From Octopus vulgaris (taxonomy: Eukaryota), in NCBI GenBank assembly GCA_951406725.2, contig OX597825.1, positions 61,008,001 through 61,072,000 on the forward strand: a stretch of 64,000 nucleotides of DNA, written 5' to 3'. Below the pieces are notes generated by a model. That model was not told where the DNA came from, made no database searches, and saw only the letters and a program-made list of their open reading frames with translations. Within the stretch, counting starts at the first letter, position 1. Every line of letters starts with the position of its first letter. A program made the translations under genes and the position numbers. Below are positions 40,650-54,211 of this stretch, piece by piece.

Positions 40650-41080
40650 TTCTGACTATGCTGAGGTTTCATGGCTTGTGACATATCATCCTGTGATCAA
40701 CCTTATCAAAGGCTTCAGTGAGATATATCACATTCATGCTTCATCAAATTCATAAGCTGTTTCAACACCCAGTCATGATACTGCAGAAGCTGTATAAGAC
40801 AGCTTCTTTCTGAGTGGAAGCCATGGATGTTAGGAAGCAAGTTATTATCTTCTATGAATGTAATCTGCATCTTCTTGGCAATTTGCTCCATGACTTTGCT
40901 GATATGTCAGGTTAGAGAGTCAGGGCTATCATATTTAGCATCTGCTCTGCTTCTTCCTTTACGGGTAGGACATATTATGGCTTCCTTTAAGTTTCTGGAA
41001 AGTATACCACTTGCCAAGAAGCTTTGGAGAGGGATATGACATGGTCTTGCTAAAGTCCCTTCGCATGTTTGACTATCATT
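40650..41080 (-). pseudogene. CR1/L2-group LINE reverse transcriptase N-terminal fragment
   Basis: LKEAIICPTRKGRSRADAKYDSPDSLT*HISKVMEQI...NNLLPNIHGFHSERSCLIQLL resembles PIHKGG...NYRPISLTS...QHGFRxGRSCLTQLL. Confidence 0.8.
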
Positions 41081-41122
41081 ACAAACGTTCACACCAGTTC
41101 TTCTAGTATTATTATTGCTGTT

Positions 41123-41329
41123 AAGGTAGAGAGCTGGCAGAATCGTTAGTAAGCCGGGTAAAATGCTTAGAGGCATTTGTTTGTCTTTACGTTCTCAGTT
41201 CAAATTCCAACGAGGACAAGTTTGCCTTTCATCCTTTCGGGGTCGATAAAATACGTATTAATTGAACACTGGAGTGGATGTAATCAGCCTATCCCCAAAA
41301 TAGCTGGCCTTCTACCAAAACCTGAAATC

Positions 41330-41330
<1 letters not shown>
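41123..41330 (+). mobile_element. Nin/Deu-domain-like SINE
   Basis: TTTGCCTTTCATCCTTTCGGGGTCGATAAAA. Confidence 0.85.
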
Positions 41331-41997
<667 letters not shown>

Positions 41998-43794
41998 CTT
42001 TTTTTTTTTTCTTCTTTCAAATTTTCTTCCATTTCTTGCCGAGTGTCTTCCCGACTCCTAGGGCAAAGAAACTCATAGTGTATATTGGTAGGCCATTAAA
42101 CCAAACTCAGAAGTTCGTTCATTTTTTTTTTTTTTTTTAAAGTTAGATTAAAATACATGAGCAGCAACAGTTCTCACATCGACAATGCTCTTCTCAATAC
42201 GTGTGATGTACCAGTTAAGACAATCTTTTGCACTTCTTGCAGGGATGGTAAGCCAGGGATCATTCTCATATAATTTTCGGTTCCCTTCTTGATCATTCCT
42301 AGTGCTCCTACGATCACTGGTATTGTAACCGCCTTGAGATGCCACATTTTCTCAATTTCAATGAGTAGGTCTTTATATTTTCTGAGCTTGTCAAACTCTT
42401 TCGCAGAGATATTATGATCACAGGGGATGCTCATGTCGATCAATAAGCAAACTTTATTGTTTTGGTCTTTCACAACAATATCTGGTTTATTGGCCTTGAT
42501 GGTTCGGTCTGTATGTACTGGAAAGTCCCACAGAATGGTTACATTTTCTCCTTCAGTTACAGCCTCAGGGTGGTGATTATACCACTTGTCGGCAGTTTTG
42601 ATATTGTAATGCCGACTTATTAGCCAGTGGAGATATTGGCCAACTCTGTCATGTCTTAATTTATACTCCACTGGTGCTAAGACTTTACATCCAGAGATTA
42701 GGTGGTCCACTGTTTCAATCATGTCGTTGCAGAATCGGCATTTTGGGTCTGCTCCATTTTTCATCACATTGGCCTGGTAGTTCCGGGTTAATAGGCTTTG
42801 GTCTTGAGCAGCCAGGATGAAACCTTCGCTCTCTGCTTTTAGCCCTGAGCTCCGCAGCCACTGATGGGTTTGCTTCTGGTCAACATCAGCTTGTTTGCTG
42901 CGGGTCACATATTTGCCGTGCAGAGGTTTCTCCTCCCACCTATCAGCCAATTGCTCGTGCGCTTTTTTCATTGCCATCATTTTCACCTTCTTTGCAACAA
43001 TAGTTGCCGTACTTCCCTCGGGTTGTTCAGTTTGGGTATCCTGCACGAGATCAATAGCAAATTTTTTGCTTTCCTTGATGATAGAATGAAGCTTCTTTCG
43101 TCTCTCGTGATTTTCCACGAGCTTTAGCATCCAGTCATTCGATATTTCGAGATATTTGGCCAGTCCAATTGTGGTTGTTTTGTAAGCTAGTTCAAATTGG
43201 ATCAGGCCTCGACCTCCTTGGGCTCTGGGAAGGTAAAGGCGATCTACGTCTGCCTTTGGGTGGTGCATCCTATTACAACTCAGCAGCTTGCGTATTTTTC
43301 TATCTATATTCTTTACTTCACTCATATTCCAGTTCAACACATTGTAGCTATAATTAACAACTGGAACTGCTAAGGAATTTATAGCTAACACCTTGTTACG
43401 TGCATTTAGTTCAGATTTCAGGACTGCACGAACTCTCCTATAACATTCCTTCCTGATTTTCTCTTTCATGCTTGCATGCTGAATACCAGAGCCTTCATTT
43501 ATCCCTAAATATTTGTATGTCTGTTCTTGCTCAAGCTCTCTTATGACTGTGTCAACATCTAACACGACTGAATTTGTGGTCTTCACTTTCCCTTTCTGGA
43601 AAGTGGCCTTGGCACACTTCTCAAGTCCAAACTCCATCCCGATGTCATCGCTGAATGCTTTCACGGTGCGCAATAGGCCTTCAAGTTCATTATTGTCTTT
43701 ACCATAAAGTTTTAAGTCATCCATATAAAATAGATGGCTCATTTTTTTATTGGCAATTTTATACCCATACCCTGTTCTGTTTAATTCACTTGTA
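41998..43794 (-). mobile_element. 5'-truncated R4/Dong-clade site-specific non-LTR retrotransposon in (TAA)n
   Basis: ORF plus ~175-nt 3' UTR containing CCCTAGGAGTCGGGAAGACACTCGGC and an A-rich end; (TAA)n on both sides on the element strand. Confidence 0.92.
42174..43794 (-). CDS. RT C-terminal half, CCHC zinc knuckle and restriction-like endonuclease (partial, ~540 aa, uninterrupted)
   Basis: SHLFYMDDLKLY; IGMEFGLEKCA; YKYLG; RLYLPRAQGGRGL; CRFC-ETVDHLISGC; KPDIVV...LIDMSIP...KLRKY. The tracked start at 43838 lies in the ATT repeat and is spurious. Confidence 0.93.
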
Positions 43795-43846
43795 ATTATT
43801 ATTATTATTATTATTATTATTATTGTTATTATTATCATTATTATTA

Positions 43847-43908
<62 letters not shown>

Positions 43909-43962
43909 CATCATTATTATTATTATTTATTATTATTATTATTATTATTATCATCATTATTA

Positions 43963-44019
<57 letters not shown>

Positions 44020-44079
44020 TATTATTATTATTATTATTATTATCATTATTATTATTATTTATTATTATTATTATTATTA

Positions 44080-44126
<47 letters not shown>

Positions 44127-44153
44127 TATTATTATTATTATTATTATTATTTT
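43795..44153. repeat. (ATT)n array, 5' flank of the Dong-like element
   Basis: Directly visible. Confidence 0.97.
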
Positions 44154-44316
44154 ACTTCTCAGAGCTCTCGGTCTTACTTGCTCTGTCTGATTCTGTGAGA
44201 GCGGACCGAAACATGTTGTCAGGGGTTTCACGAGGTCTCCGCAAACTATAAGCTTTCTTACCTGGTTCTTAACTTATCGTAGAAGACACTCAACACCCAA
44301 GCACCGATTTCAAAAT
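44154..44316 (-). mobile_element. Extreme 3' fragment of another probable R4/Dong family
   Basis: Minus strand ILKSVLGC* (cf. ILRRVLGI*, VLRRALSM*), then ~135 nt with hairpin potential, then (TAA)n. Confidence 0.55.
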
Positions 44317-44329
44317 GTTGTTGTTGTTA

Positions 44330-45026
<697 letters not shown>

Positions 45027-45034
45027 TATTATTA

Positions 45035-45109
<75 letters not shown>

Positions 45110-45464
45110 CATCATCATTATTATTATGATACGAATGTCACTCTAATGATGCTTATTCCGAAATACTATTATGATAGTTGATATCATCGTTAACGTAACT
45201 TCGCCCATTATCCATATAATTGAGTATATATGTATCTGTGTTTATATCTTTTTCTAATTGGGTAACTATAATAGCAATGCATTTATTACACGAAAGAGTT
45301 TCAAGTATTACCCAAGTTGACATCAATATTATTAATTAAATTTGATGATATAACAGTGAACGGAAAGTAAGTATTTAATTTCATAAACGGGTTACTCACT
45401 GACAACGTTCCACTAAAACTGATACACCCATGAATACCTGTCATCAAGAATGATCTAAATTGAA

Positions 45465-46226
45465 TCTAATACTATAAATACACAATTATAACCATACACG
45501 TATCAAATTCTACACAGTCGTTACATTTTCATATAAAGCGGTGTTTCTACAAGAGCGTGACGGCGGTTGATAAAAGAGCAAACAAAATAGCATATCAAGA
45601 AAAAAATATTTAAAATGTCTATCACCTTGGTGAAGAAAGAGAAGTTAGATGCAACACTACGTGAGGACAGGACCAGAGCTTTAACTACATCTTTAGGAAT
45701 TGCTTGGTGGTCTGATATTTGGTAAGTTGGGGGGCACAGACAAAAAATATTAATGTTGCCAATGAAGTCCGACTGCCTCCCACACACAATAAATACGATA
45801 TGCATACATACATATCTATAATATAAATTGGACATGGGCGATCATTGTATTCTTTCTTGTCTTGAGGTTCACAGCCAAACGACTGGGTGGATTCATGTGA
45901 AAAATGGCACACATATGGAGACAGGTGCATAGATTGGAATGCGGTTTGTATTTTTTTCCTAGCCCCCATACTTACCGAGAAAATCGATTAAAACTTTTTC
46001 TAATGGAATTTCCCTCTTTGTTTTGCCATTAAAACAACCAGTTGCTTAGAAGCTGTTTTCTGACGGGGTTGGGTCAGGAAATTTTCATATAGTTGGAGGC
46101 TCCAATCGAAACAGGGGACCCGAAATGATAAGGTTGACAAACGCTTTTTTTTAGATTATACCTAACCGAAAACGATCACAGCCACATCATCCAAACAGAC
46201 CGGGTAAAACCGGGATTAGCTGCTAG
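45465..46226 (+). mobile_element. Non-autonomous Helitron-like element with two candidate 5' ends
   Basis: A|TCTAATACTATAAAT at 45465 and A|TCTATAATATAAAT at 45815; 3' CCGGGTAAAACCGGG-ATTAGCTG-CTAG|T. Confidence 0.65.
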
Positions 46227-46373
46227 TATCATATATACATAAATGCATATACATATATATCACAACCTGGGACCTTGAAGACTGCTATAATGCAAGAAAG
46301 TATACTAGTCCCTTAATATTTGATGTTCAATATTTCATCTATTCAATAAGACAATCAATACTTCATTTCATTT

Positions 46374-46421
<48 letters not shown>

Positions 46422-46424
<3 letters not shown>

Positions 46425-46573
46425 CACCGTGACCGACCAGGCTATCAGATGTTGCTACACATCGCTGGTCACAATGCACTTCGCATTGTTTTAGCCTTCA
46501 AATGACGCCACCCCGCTGGCTAAGCGAGCAGGCCAACAGAAGAAAGAGTGAGAGAAAGTTGTGGCAAAAGAGT
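46422..46573 (-). mobile_element. SINE variant B2 (family B body block with a different tail), 5'-truncated
   Basis: Minus ACTCTTTTGCCACAACTTTCTCTCACTCTTTCTTC is shared with family B, followed by a tail ending GATAGCCTGGTCGGTCACGGTGGTGA. Confidence 0.75.
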
Positions 46574-46830
46574 TCGATTGTTACCTATCACTCTTTTGAA
46601 TGCCCAGCGCAAAACCGATTGGTAAGATCAACCGTAATCGATATATAATACTGTACACTTCGGATAGTATACCGACTCTACTGACAGGTATATGAGCGCA
46701 TTTTTTTCTTACTTATGGACGCTCAGACGACTTGCACACATACGCACATGCTGCCCACACCGCAGAGTATATATATATATATACATATATATACATAGTT
46801 GAAATTTACAGAAAAACAAAAGACGAAGTC

Positions 46831-46864
<34 letters not shown>

Positions 46865-46866
<2 letters not shown>

Positions 46867-47020
46867 TGTTGTATCTAGGGAGAGTAATTTTCTTTTTTTG
46901 CCTTATAATGTAACACACTCACCGGTAAAATTTCCACTTATTTCTAACTTTTATTTTCCTAAAATTTTCGTTGCGTCTTGCAACCTTTTCAATAGTCTTG
47001 CTTCAACACACGAACTCATA
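46865..47020 (-). mobile_element. Penelope pLTR-like fragment between (TA)n tracts, with a variant hammerhead-like motif
   Basis: Minus CTA-TTGAAAA-G-GTTGC-AAGAC-GCAAC-GAAA-ATTT-TAG. Confidence 0.4.
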
Positions 47021-47050
47021 TAAAGAATCTTGCAAATCAAATCCCAAAAA

Positions 47051-47214
<164 letters not shown>

Positions 47215-47710
47215 TACACACATAGACCTAGAGACAGATATACAGAAATGGACAAATGATAGTCAGTAATTGATCTACATAACATATTGCATATGCATAT
47301 ATTACGACAAGAAATGACTTTACAGTTGTTGCTAAAATGCAAATAATGCAAGTGGGTGTGTGTAATGAAGCAATACTGATACATAGCAAAGAACAAAAAC
47401 ATTTATCAGTTTGCTTGAAGCATGGTAAGTGAGTATCATCAAGCTGGAAACATTAAATATTCTGGACCTGAGTTTATAATCTGGAGTATGTATGCATGTA
47501 TGTATGTATATATGTATGTATGTATGGACAGGAGTTGGGGTGGGGGTAAATAGATGCTGAAAATTTGAAAACCATCTGAAGTCAGTCTACCTTTTATCCG
47601 TGGTAGAAGTAATAACAGATTCAATATTTCTTAAATAACAGAATTTAAACTTCAATTATGGTCCACCATACAAGACATTATTATATTACCTAAACCCAAT
47701 GTTTACTGCA

Positions 47711-48128
47711 GGCGTAGGAGTGGCTGTGTGATAAGTGGCTTGCTTACTAATCACATGGTTCCGCGTTCAGTCCCACTGCGTGGCACCTTGGGAAAGTGTC
47801 TTCTGCAATAGCCTCAGGCTGACCAAAGCCTTGTGAGTGGATTTGGTAGACGGAAACCGAAAGAAGCCCGTCGTATATATGCATATATATACATATATAT
47901 GTATGTGCGTGTATAAGTTTGTGTGTGTGTGTTTGTCCCCCCAACATCGCCTGACAACCGATGCTGGTGTGCTTACGTCCCCGTAACTTAGAGGTTCGGC
48001 AAAAGAGACTGATAGAATAAGTACTAGGCTTACAAAGAATAAGTCCTGGAGTCGATTTGCCCGACTATTGGTGGTGCCCCAGCGTGGCCACAATCAAATG
48101 ACTGCAACAAGTAAAAGAGTAAAAAGAG
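47711..48128 (+). mobile_element. Family A SINE
   Basis: Match to 15227-15636. Confidence 0.9.
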
Positions 48129-48294
48129 TATATCTTCTATCTTCTATATCTTACTCCTTTGACTTTGAGTTTGTGAACAAGCTTGAACACTACCATTTGT
48201 GTAATTGCTACTTTAAACTCACTCCCAAGACTTCTCTTCTCCAAATTTGATTCTGACAAAACACATAAAGCTGCCCTCCATTTTGCTTCTTGCT

Positions 48295-48694
48295 ACTCTC
48301 TCTCTCTCTTTTACTCTTTTACTTGTTTCAGTCATTTGACTGCGGCCATGCTGGAGCACCGCCTTTAGTCGAGCAAATCGACCCCGGGACTTATTCTTTG
48401 TAAGCCCAGTACTTATTCTATCGGTCTCTTTTGCCGAACCACTAAGTGACGGGGACGTAAACACATCAGCATCGGTTGTCAAGCAATGCTAGGGGGACAA
48501 ACACAGACGCACACACATACATACATATATATATATATACATATATACGACAGGCTTCTTTCAGTTTCCGTCTACCAAATCCACTCACAAGGCATTGGTC
48601 GGCCCGGGGCTATAGCAGAAGACACTTGCCCAAGATGCCACGCAGTGGAACTGAACCCGGAACCATGTTGCTGGTTAGCAAGCTACTTACCACA
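48295..48694 (-). mobile_element. Family A SINE, inverted relative to the 47711 copy
   Basis: Reverse-complement match to 15227-15636. Confidence 0.92.
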
Positions 48695-49078
48695 CGATGT
48701 ATATTTGCAATGTACCTCAGCACAAATTCACATTCAAATCTAAAATGTATGCATAATGTACCACGAAACTATTTCTGGTTATGTTAGCCACAATGTAGCA
48801 AATGTTAGAACAGCATATGTGTACTTTGGTAATGGAACATTTCAACTAAATTGTTGTATTGGGTTCTGAAAAAAAAAATATGCTTATAAATAATATGAAG
48901 TAGAGAAATTTACCTTTTTATTGAATTTCAGGTTAACAGCAAATAAGCTTTTCCCCTCTGTTAACTACCCTCTTCCGTTTTATTTAGTATCCATAAGTAT
49001 ATGAGTGTGTTCAACTTTGTTTTTGCGTGTTGTGTGTGTAATTTACCTTTATGTGAAGTAGTTAATGTACACATATAC

Positions 49079-49121
<43 letters not shown>

Positions 49122-49319
49122 CTTATACATATGTGTGAGTGTATTTGAGATTCTGTGTGTGTGCTTGTGCATGTGTGTCTGTGTGTGTGTTCATGTGTAT
49201 GTGTAGCAATAGCACTTTATAAGCACTATATATAAATATATACAGAGTGCTTCTGCGATTCTTTACAAGTGGGTGTTTAAGGATTTACATATATATAAAA
49301 AATACACACATTTATGAGA

Positions 49320-49486
49320 TGAGTGTGTATATATATATATATATATATATGCTCCAACAATAATACAAATATACGTATACAAATATTTTAAGCTCTACTT
49401 TTCCAGTTTGCATCACTATAGTTCTATACAAACACACACACATGCACACACAAATGTATATATACACACACATACATATACATATA

Positions 49487-49576
<90 letters not shown>

Positions 49577-49810
49577 CATACACATATATATATGTATACA
49601 CATACATATATGCATATATTCACATATATATGCACAACATACATGGAAACATGCTTGCACACATACGCATGTGTTTCTGGGTGAAAGGAGCTTTCATCTA
49701 CAGATCTTTAAATGTTTCTGTGGGGGTTTTCTGTGTTCATGCCTGTGTGTTTTACATATGCATGTCATGTATTTGCATATATGTCAGTGAGTATATATTA
49801 TATGTAAATT

Positions 49811-49845
<35 letters not shown>

Positions 49846-49872
49846 CCCTAAATATATACATTTATATACATT

Positions 49873-49908
<36 letters not shown>

Positions 49909-49929
49909 CATACATACATATATATATAC

Positions 49930-49980
<51 letters not shown>

Positions 49981-49998
49981 TACATATATCATACATAC

Positions 49999-50048
<50 letters not shown>

Positions 50049-50594
50049 ACATATATACATATATATACATATATACATATATATACATATATACATATAT
50101 ACATATATACATGTATATGTAAATATATATATATCCACACGGAAATATATATCCATATGTGTGTGTGTATATATATATATATAAACAAATATATGCAAAT
50201 GTTTATATGTGTATGTGTGTGTTCAGAAATACAAATGTCAATAGATTGATATCTGAATATGAAATGAGTATGTTTGTGAGGGTAAGTATATGCAAAGGAC
50301 ATTTGACTCTGTATATAGATAAAATGTTTAATGCTTTTAGAAATAATAAAATATATGCTACACATTTTATACGTTAGTTTACTGTTTCATGAATTGCTTT
50401 TGCATTTTTTTCCTTTTGATCTTCCATCCTTTTGCACTTTATTATTTTTTTTTCACTTTTGCAAATATGAACTTTTTGCCATCTAGGGATCTAAGACAGC
50501 ACTTTACACGTTTGTCTGTGTCCATTAAGGTTACTTGCATATGCTGACGTTTGATACACCTACACATCCATCTATTTATCACATTATTTTTATA

Positions 50595-50655
<61 letters not shown>

Positions 50656-50830
50656 ATATATATTTATGTATATATATATATATATATACATATACACAGG
50701 CACATACATGGACATACATATTTAATATATAGATATCTATCTATCTATATATGTATCTATATATTTAAGGTATGTGTGTGTGTATTTGTATGCATATATA
50801 ATATGTATGTCCATATATATATATATATAT
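49320..50830. repeat. Field of (TA)n/(TACA)n/(TG)n microsatellites
   Basis: Directly visible; source of many YI-repeat ORFs. Confidence 0.9.
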
Positions 50831-51244
50831 TTGCAAAGTATAATATTGTGATTTGTTGAAGCTGAAAAATTTGACAAACTCTTGTTCTGTGTTTCACATT
50901 ACTGATCATCAGACAGTAGTGAACTTTTGGAACATACAGTGCTTTATAAATAGTTTAGACTTTGTCAGGATAATTATTTGGGTAATCATCAATGAACATT
51001 TAACATTGATTGGACAGGAGCTTGACCTTTGAAAATAAACAGAATCTTTTTGATAACACAATTGACCATTGATGAATAACAATTTAAACATTGAAAGGAG
51101 ATAAAATGAATTTGAATAAAACAAACCACATTGCATTGATATAGGTTAATAGTTATAATATTTGCAACAAAACAAGAAATTTCAAATAAAAATCACGTTA
51201 GAAATTATGCTTATATGAAACAAGCAAATATCAAGATATTCTTT

Positions 51245-51455
51245 TCAACTCTAGGCAGAAGGCTCGAAGTTTTTGGGGAAGGGGCCAGTCGATTAGATCG
51301 ATTCCAGTACGCAACTGGTACTTAATTTATTAACCCCGAAAGGATGAAAGCAAAGTCGACCTCGATGGAATTTGAACTTAGAATGTAAAGACAGGCGAAA
51401 TACTGCTAAGCATTTCGGCCGTTGTGCTAACATTTCTGACAGCTCACCCCCTTAT
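51245..51455 (-). mobile_element. Nin/Deu-domain-like SINE
   Basis: Core motif present; possible TSD AAATATCAAGATATT at ~51226-51240 and ~51456-51470. Confidence 0.85.
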
Positions 51456-51737
51456 AAATATCAAGATATTGAATTTAGAGACAAAGGATTAAAACGATAG
51501 AGTGAGCATCGCAAATAAATGAAGAATCTGCCATGTATGCTATTTCATGCTTATGCATTTCTTTCTCTGACTGCATGTGTTATTAACTTGATTGTCTCAG
51601 CATTGCCTTATACTCTTACTCATTATGTTTGTAACATTTATCTGTCTATTTCTCCCTCTTTCTCTCTCTCCCTCTTTCCCTCTCTCTCTCTCTCTCTCTC
51701 TTCTTTCTTTCTATCTGCGTGTGTATGTGTAAATATA

Positions 51738-52948
51738 CACATACATGACAGAAGTAAATAGACACCCTTATAATCATTAAAATTTATTTCAATGTGAAAT
51801 TATACATTCAAATTATTTATTAATTGTTACAATATGAATATTCAAAGTTTACTAGACATGCCCTTTGCATTTTTCAATGCAAGGATCCTATAAGGCATGC
51901 TACTGTTCAGATGACATATATTCTCTTGCGGAATTTCTTGCCAAGTTTCATGCAGTAATCTCAAAAGATCTGGCTTTGAAGATGCTTTCTTGTTCTTTTA
52001 ATGAAGTGTCCTGTTCGGAGCTGTTCAACAGAATTCATATCTTGTCACTGCCTTGGCCATGGAAACTTTTTAATACCATTCTCATCCAACAAATCTTGGG
52101 TCATTTTAGCCGTGTGACAAGGAGCCCCACTTTTCATAAATAGTCTTCTTTAATCATTTCACCACTGGAGAAGATTGGAAGGAGTCCTTTTTGCAATATG
52201 GACATATATTTATCTCAGTTTATGTTTCCATCACATTCCACAAGCTCTGATCAACCATTGTTCAAAATTGCTCCCCAGACCATCACAGAATAGCTGTCAT
52301 GTTTTATTGTTGGCTGCAATCTTTCCACATCAAATTCTTGATCACAGAATCTCCAGAACCTCACTTGGCCACTGTCAGGAAATACGGCAAATCTGGACTC
52401 ATCAGAGAATATAACAGTGTCCTAAAATGCTAGTGGCCTTTCCACCATCTCACTGGCCCAATCTTCTCTCCATTTGATGTTGTTGGTCAAAGAAATGGCT
52501 TCCTTCTTGCTGCTCTGACATAGTAACCGAGTTTGTGGAGATACCTGACAGGTGTTCTGGGACTGACATCAACATGTTCTGCTATGTCAGAGGCCTTGCA
52601 AAAAGGATTATCCTCCACAATTCTCTTGGCAAAGAGAAGGATCCTGTCAGAGGGCCCTGGTTGATCTGGGCGAGGTAATATGGACTCCTTCCTCTTTCTG
52701 GTGAATTGCACAATCACACTGTTAACTGCAGAAAGCTGGATCACAAAATTTTTTTGTGATTTTAAGCAATGTCCACCTTCAGAATGACCCACAATATGGC
52801 CTCTTTGAAACTCAGACAGTTCCAAGGCCTCTTTTGTGCATGGCATGATTAAACAGCTACATATAGAAGCTGAAACATAAAAAATATAAACTTTTACAAG
52901 TTAGAACGATGTTTTATGGGTTGTCTATTTACTTTTGTCATGTCTTTG
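51738..52948 (-). mobile_element. Tc1-type DNA transposon (~1.2 kb) with both TIRs and a decayed transposase
   Basis: TA-flanked TIRs CACATACATGACAGAAGTAAATAGACA / TGTCTATTTACTTTTGTCATGTCTTTG; ORF 52487..52846 ELSEFQRGHIVG...LHKLGYYVRAARRKPFL; later broken WPRQ*QDMNSVE motif. Confidence 0.9.
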
Positions 52949-52992
52949 TATATGTGTGTGTGTGTACATGTGTGTGTGTGCGCGTTTGTGTA

Positions 52993-53640
52993 CGAGGGTG
53001 GGCTGAAAAGATCATAGGCTGACCATGATGCAATGGTCAAACTTGACCAAATGTGTTTTATTCTTCAACATAATCTCTCCTGCAGCCCATACACTTCGTC
53101 CATCGGTGTTGCAGCACTTAGATTCCCGTGGTATGGAAGCTCTCATCCTGTCCCTCAAAAAAGTCCTCAACAGCAGATATGACCTCATCATCTGTTTGAT
53201 ACTGCTTCCCAGCCAAGTGTTTTTTTCATGTTGGGGAACAGAAATGGTCAGATGGTGCCAAACCAGGAGAATATGGAGGGTATTCAACCAGTTCAAAGCC
53301 ACAGTCATGCACAGCAGCCATTGATTGCAACCACAGACTTGTCCAAGTGAATCAGAGCCCCACTTCATCTGATTAACATTTAAACGTCTGTCATCCATCA
53401 CCATGTAGTGAACATGGTCGATGTTTTCTTAGGTGGTGTCTGTAGCAGGACGTCCAGACCTTGGGGTCATCTTCAACACTCTCCCTACCCCTCTTGAATT
53501 CAGCTGCCCACTTTTGCACAGTTGTTAAAGCTGGAGCATCATCCCCTATTGTAGAAACCATGTTAGCCTGAATGCTTTTGGAGGCTAACCCCTTTTTCTG
53601 CAGATATTTGATAGCACCACGGTGCCAAAATTTATCCATA
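52993..53640 (-). mobile_element. Internally deleted mariner (Himar1/irritans-like) with one TIR
   Basis: TA|CGAGGGTGGGCTGAAAAG TIR; N-terminus MDKFWHRGAIKYLQKKG...VQKWAAEFKRGRESVEDDP; C-terminus HPPYSPGLAPSDHF. Confidence 0.85.
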
Positions 53641-53641
53641 T

Positions 53642-54082
53642 AACCCTGCTGTACTCTTTCACCATAACTTTCTCTCACTCTTTCTTCCTACTTCTGCCAC
53701 AAAGCAGAGGAACCATAGTGTAACCCACTATGGTGTGGTAAACTTTCAGACCCTAGTCTAGATTGCAAATCCTCTGTACCCCAGGATGGTTCAGCTCTCC
53801 ACCCGTTAAAAGCCACCGTTTATGGAATGAGGATAACAACGTAGCTTTCGCGCCCATGCAACTGCCAGTCTATCGCGTGTGGTGGGTGGATCTTCAAGTT
53901 GTCACACGCATTCTTAGTAGCTTAGAGAAGGCTTGAATTAGAGATTAGTCTTTGTGGCTAATGGTGTGAGTCCTGATTGGAAGAAGAAGAAGAAGAAGAA
54001 GAAGAAGAAGAAGAAGAAGAAGAAGAAGAAGAAGAAAAAGAAGAAGAAGAAGAAGAAGAAGAAGAAGAAGAAGAAGAAGAAG
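53642..54082 (+). mobile_element. Family B SINE lacking the tRNA head, with long (GAA)n tail
   Basis: Matches 12230-12653 from AACCCTGCTGTACTC onward; followed by ACAACAACAA and (ACT)n. Confidence 0.9.
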
Positions 54083-54148
54083 ACAACAACAATGCAACTA
54101 TTAATGCTACTGCTACTGCTACTACTACTACTACTACTACTACAACTT

Positions 54149-54211
<63 letters not shown>

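Noticed and set aside
42864-43707. Plus-strand ORFs overlapping the R4/Dong ORF
   Set aside because: Short antisense shadow frames of the real coding strand.
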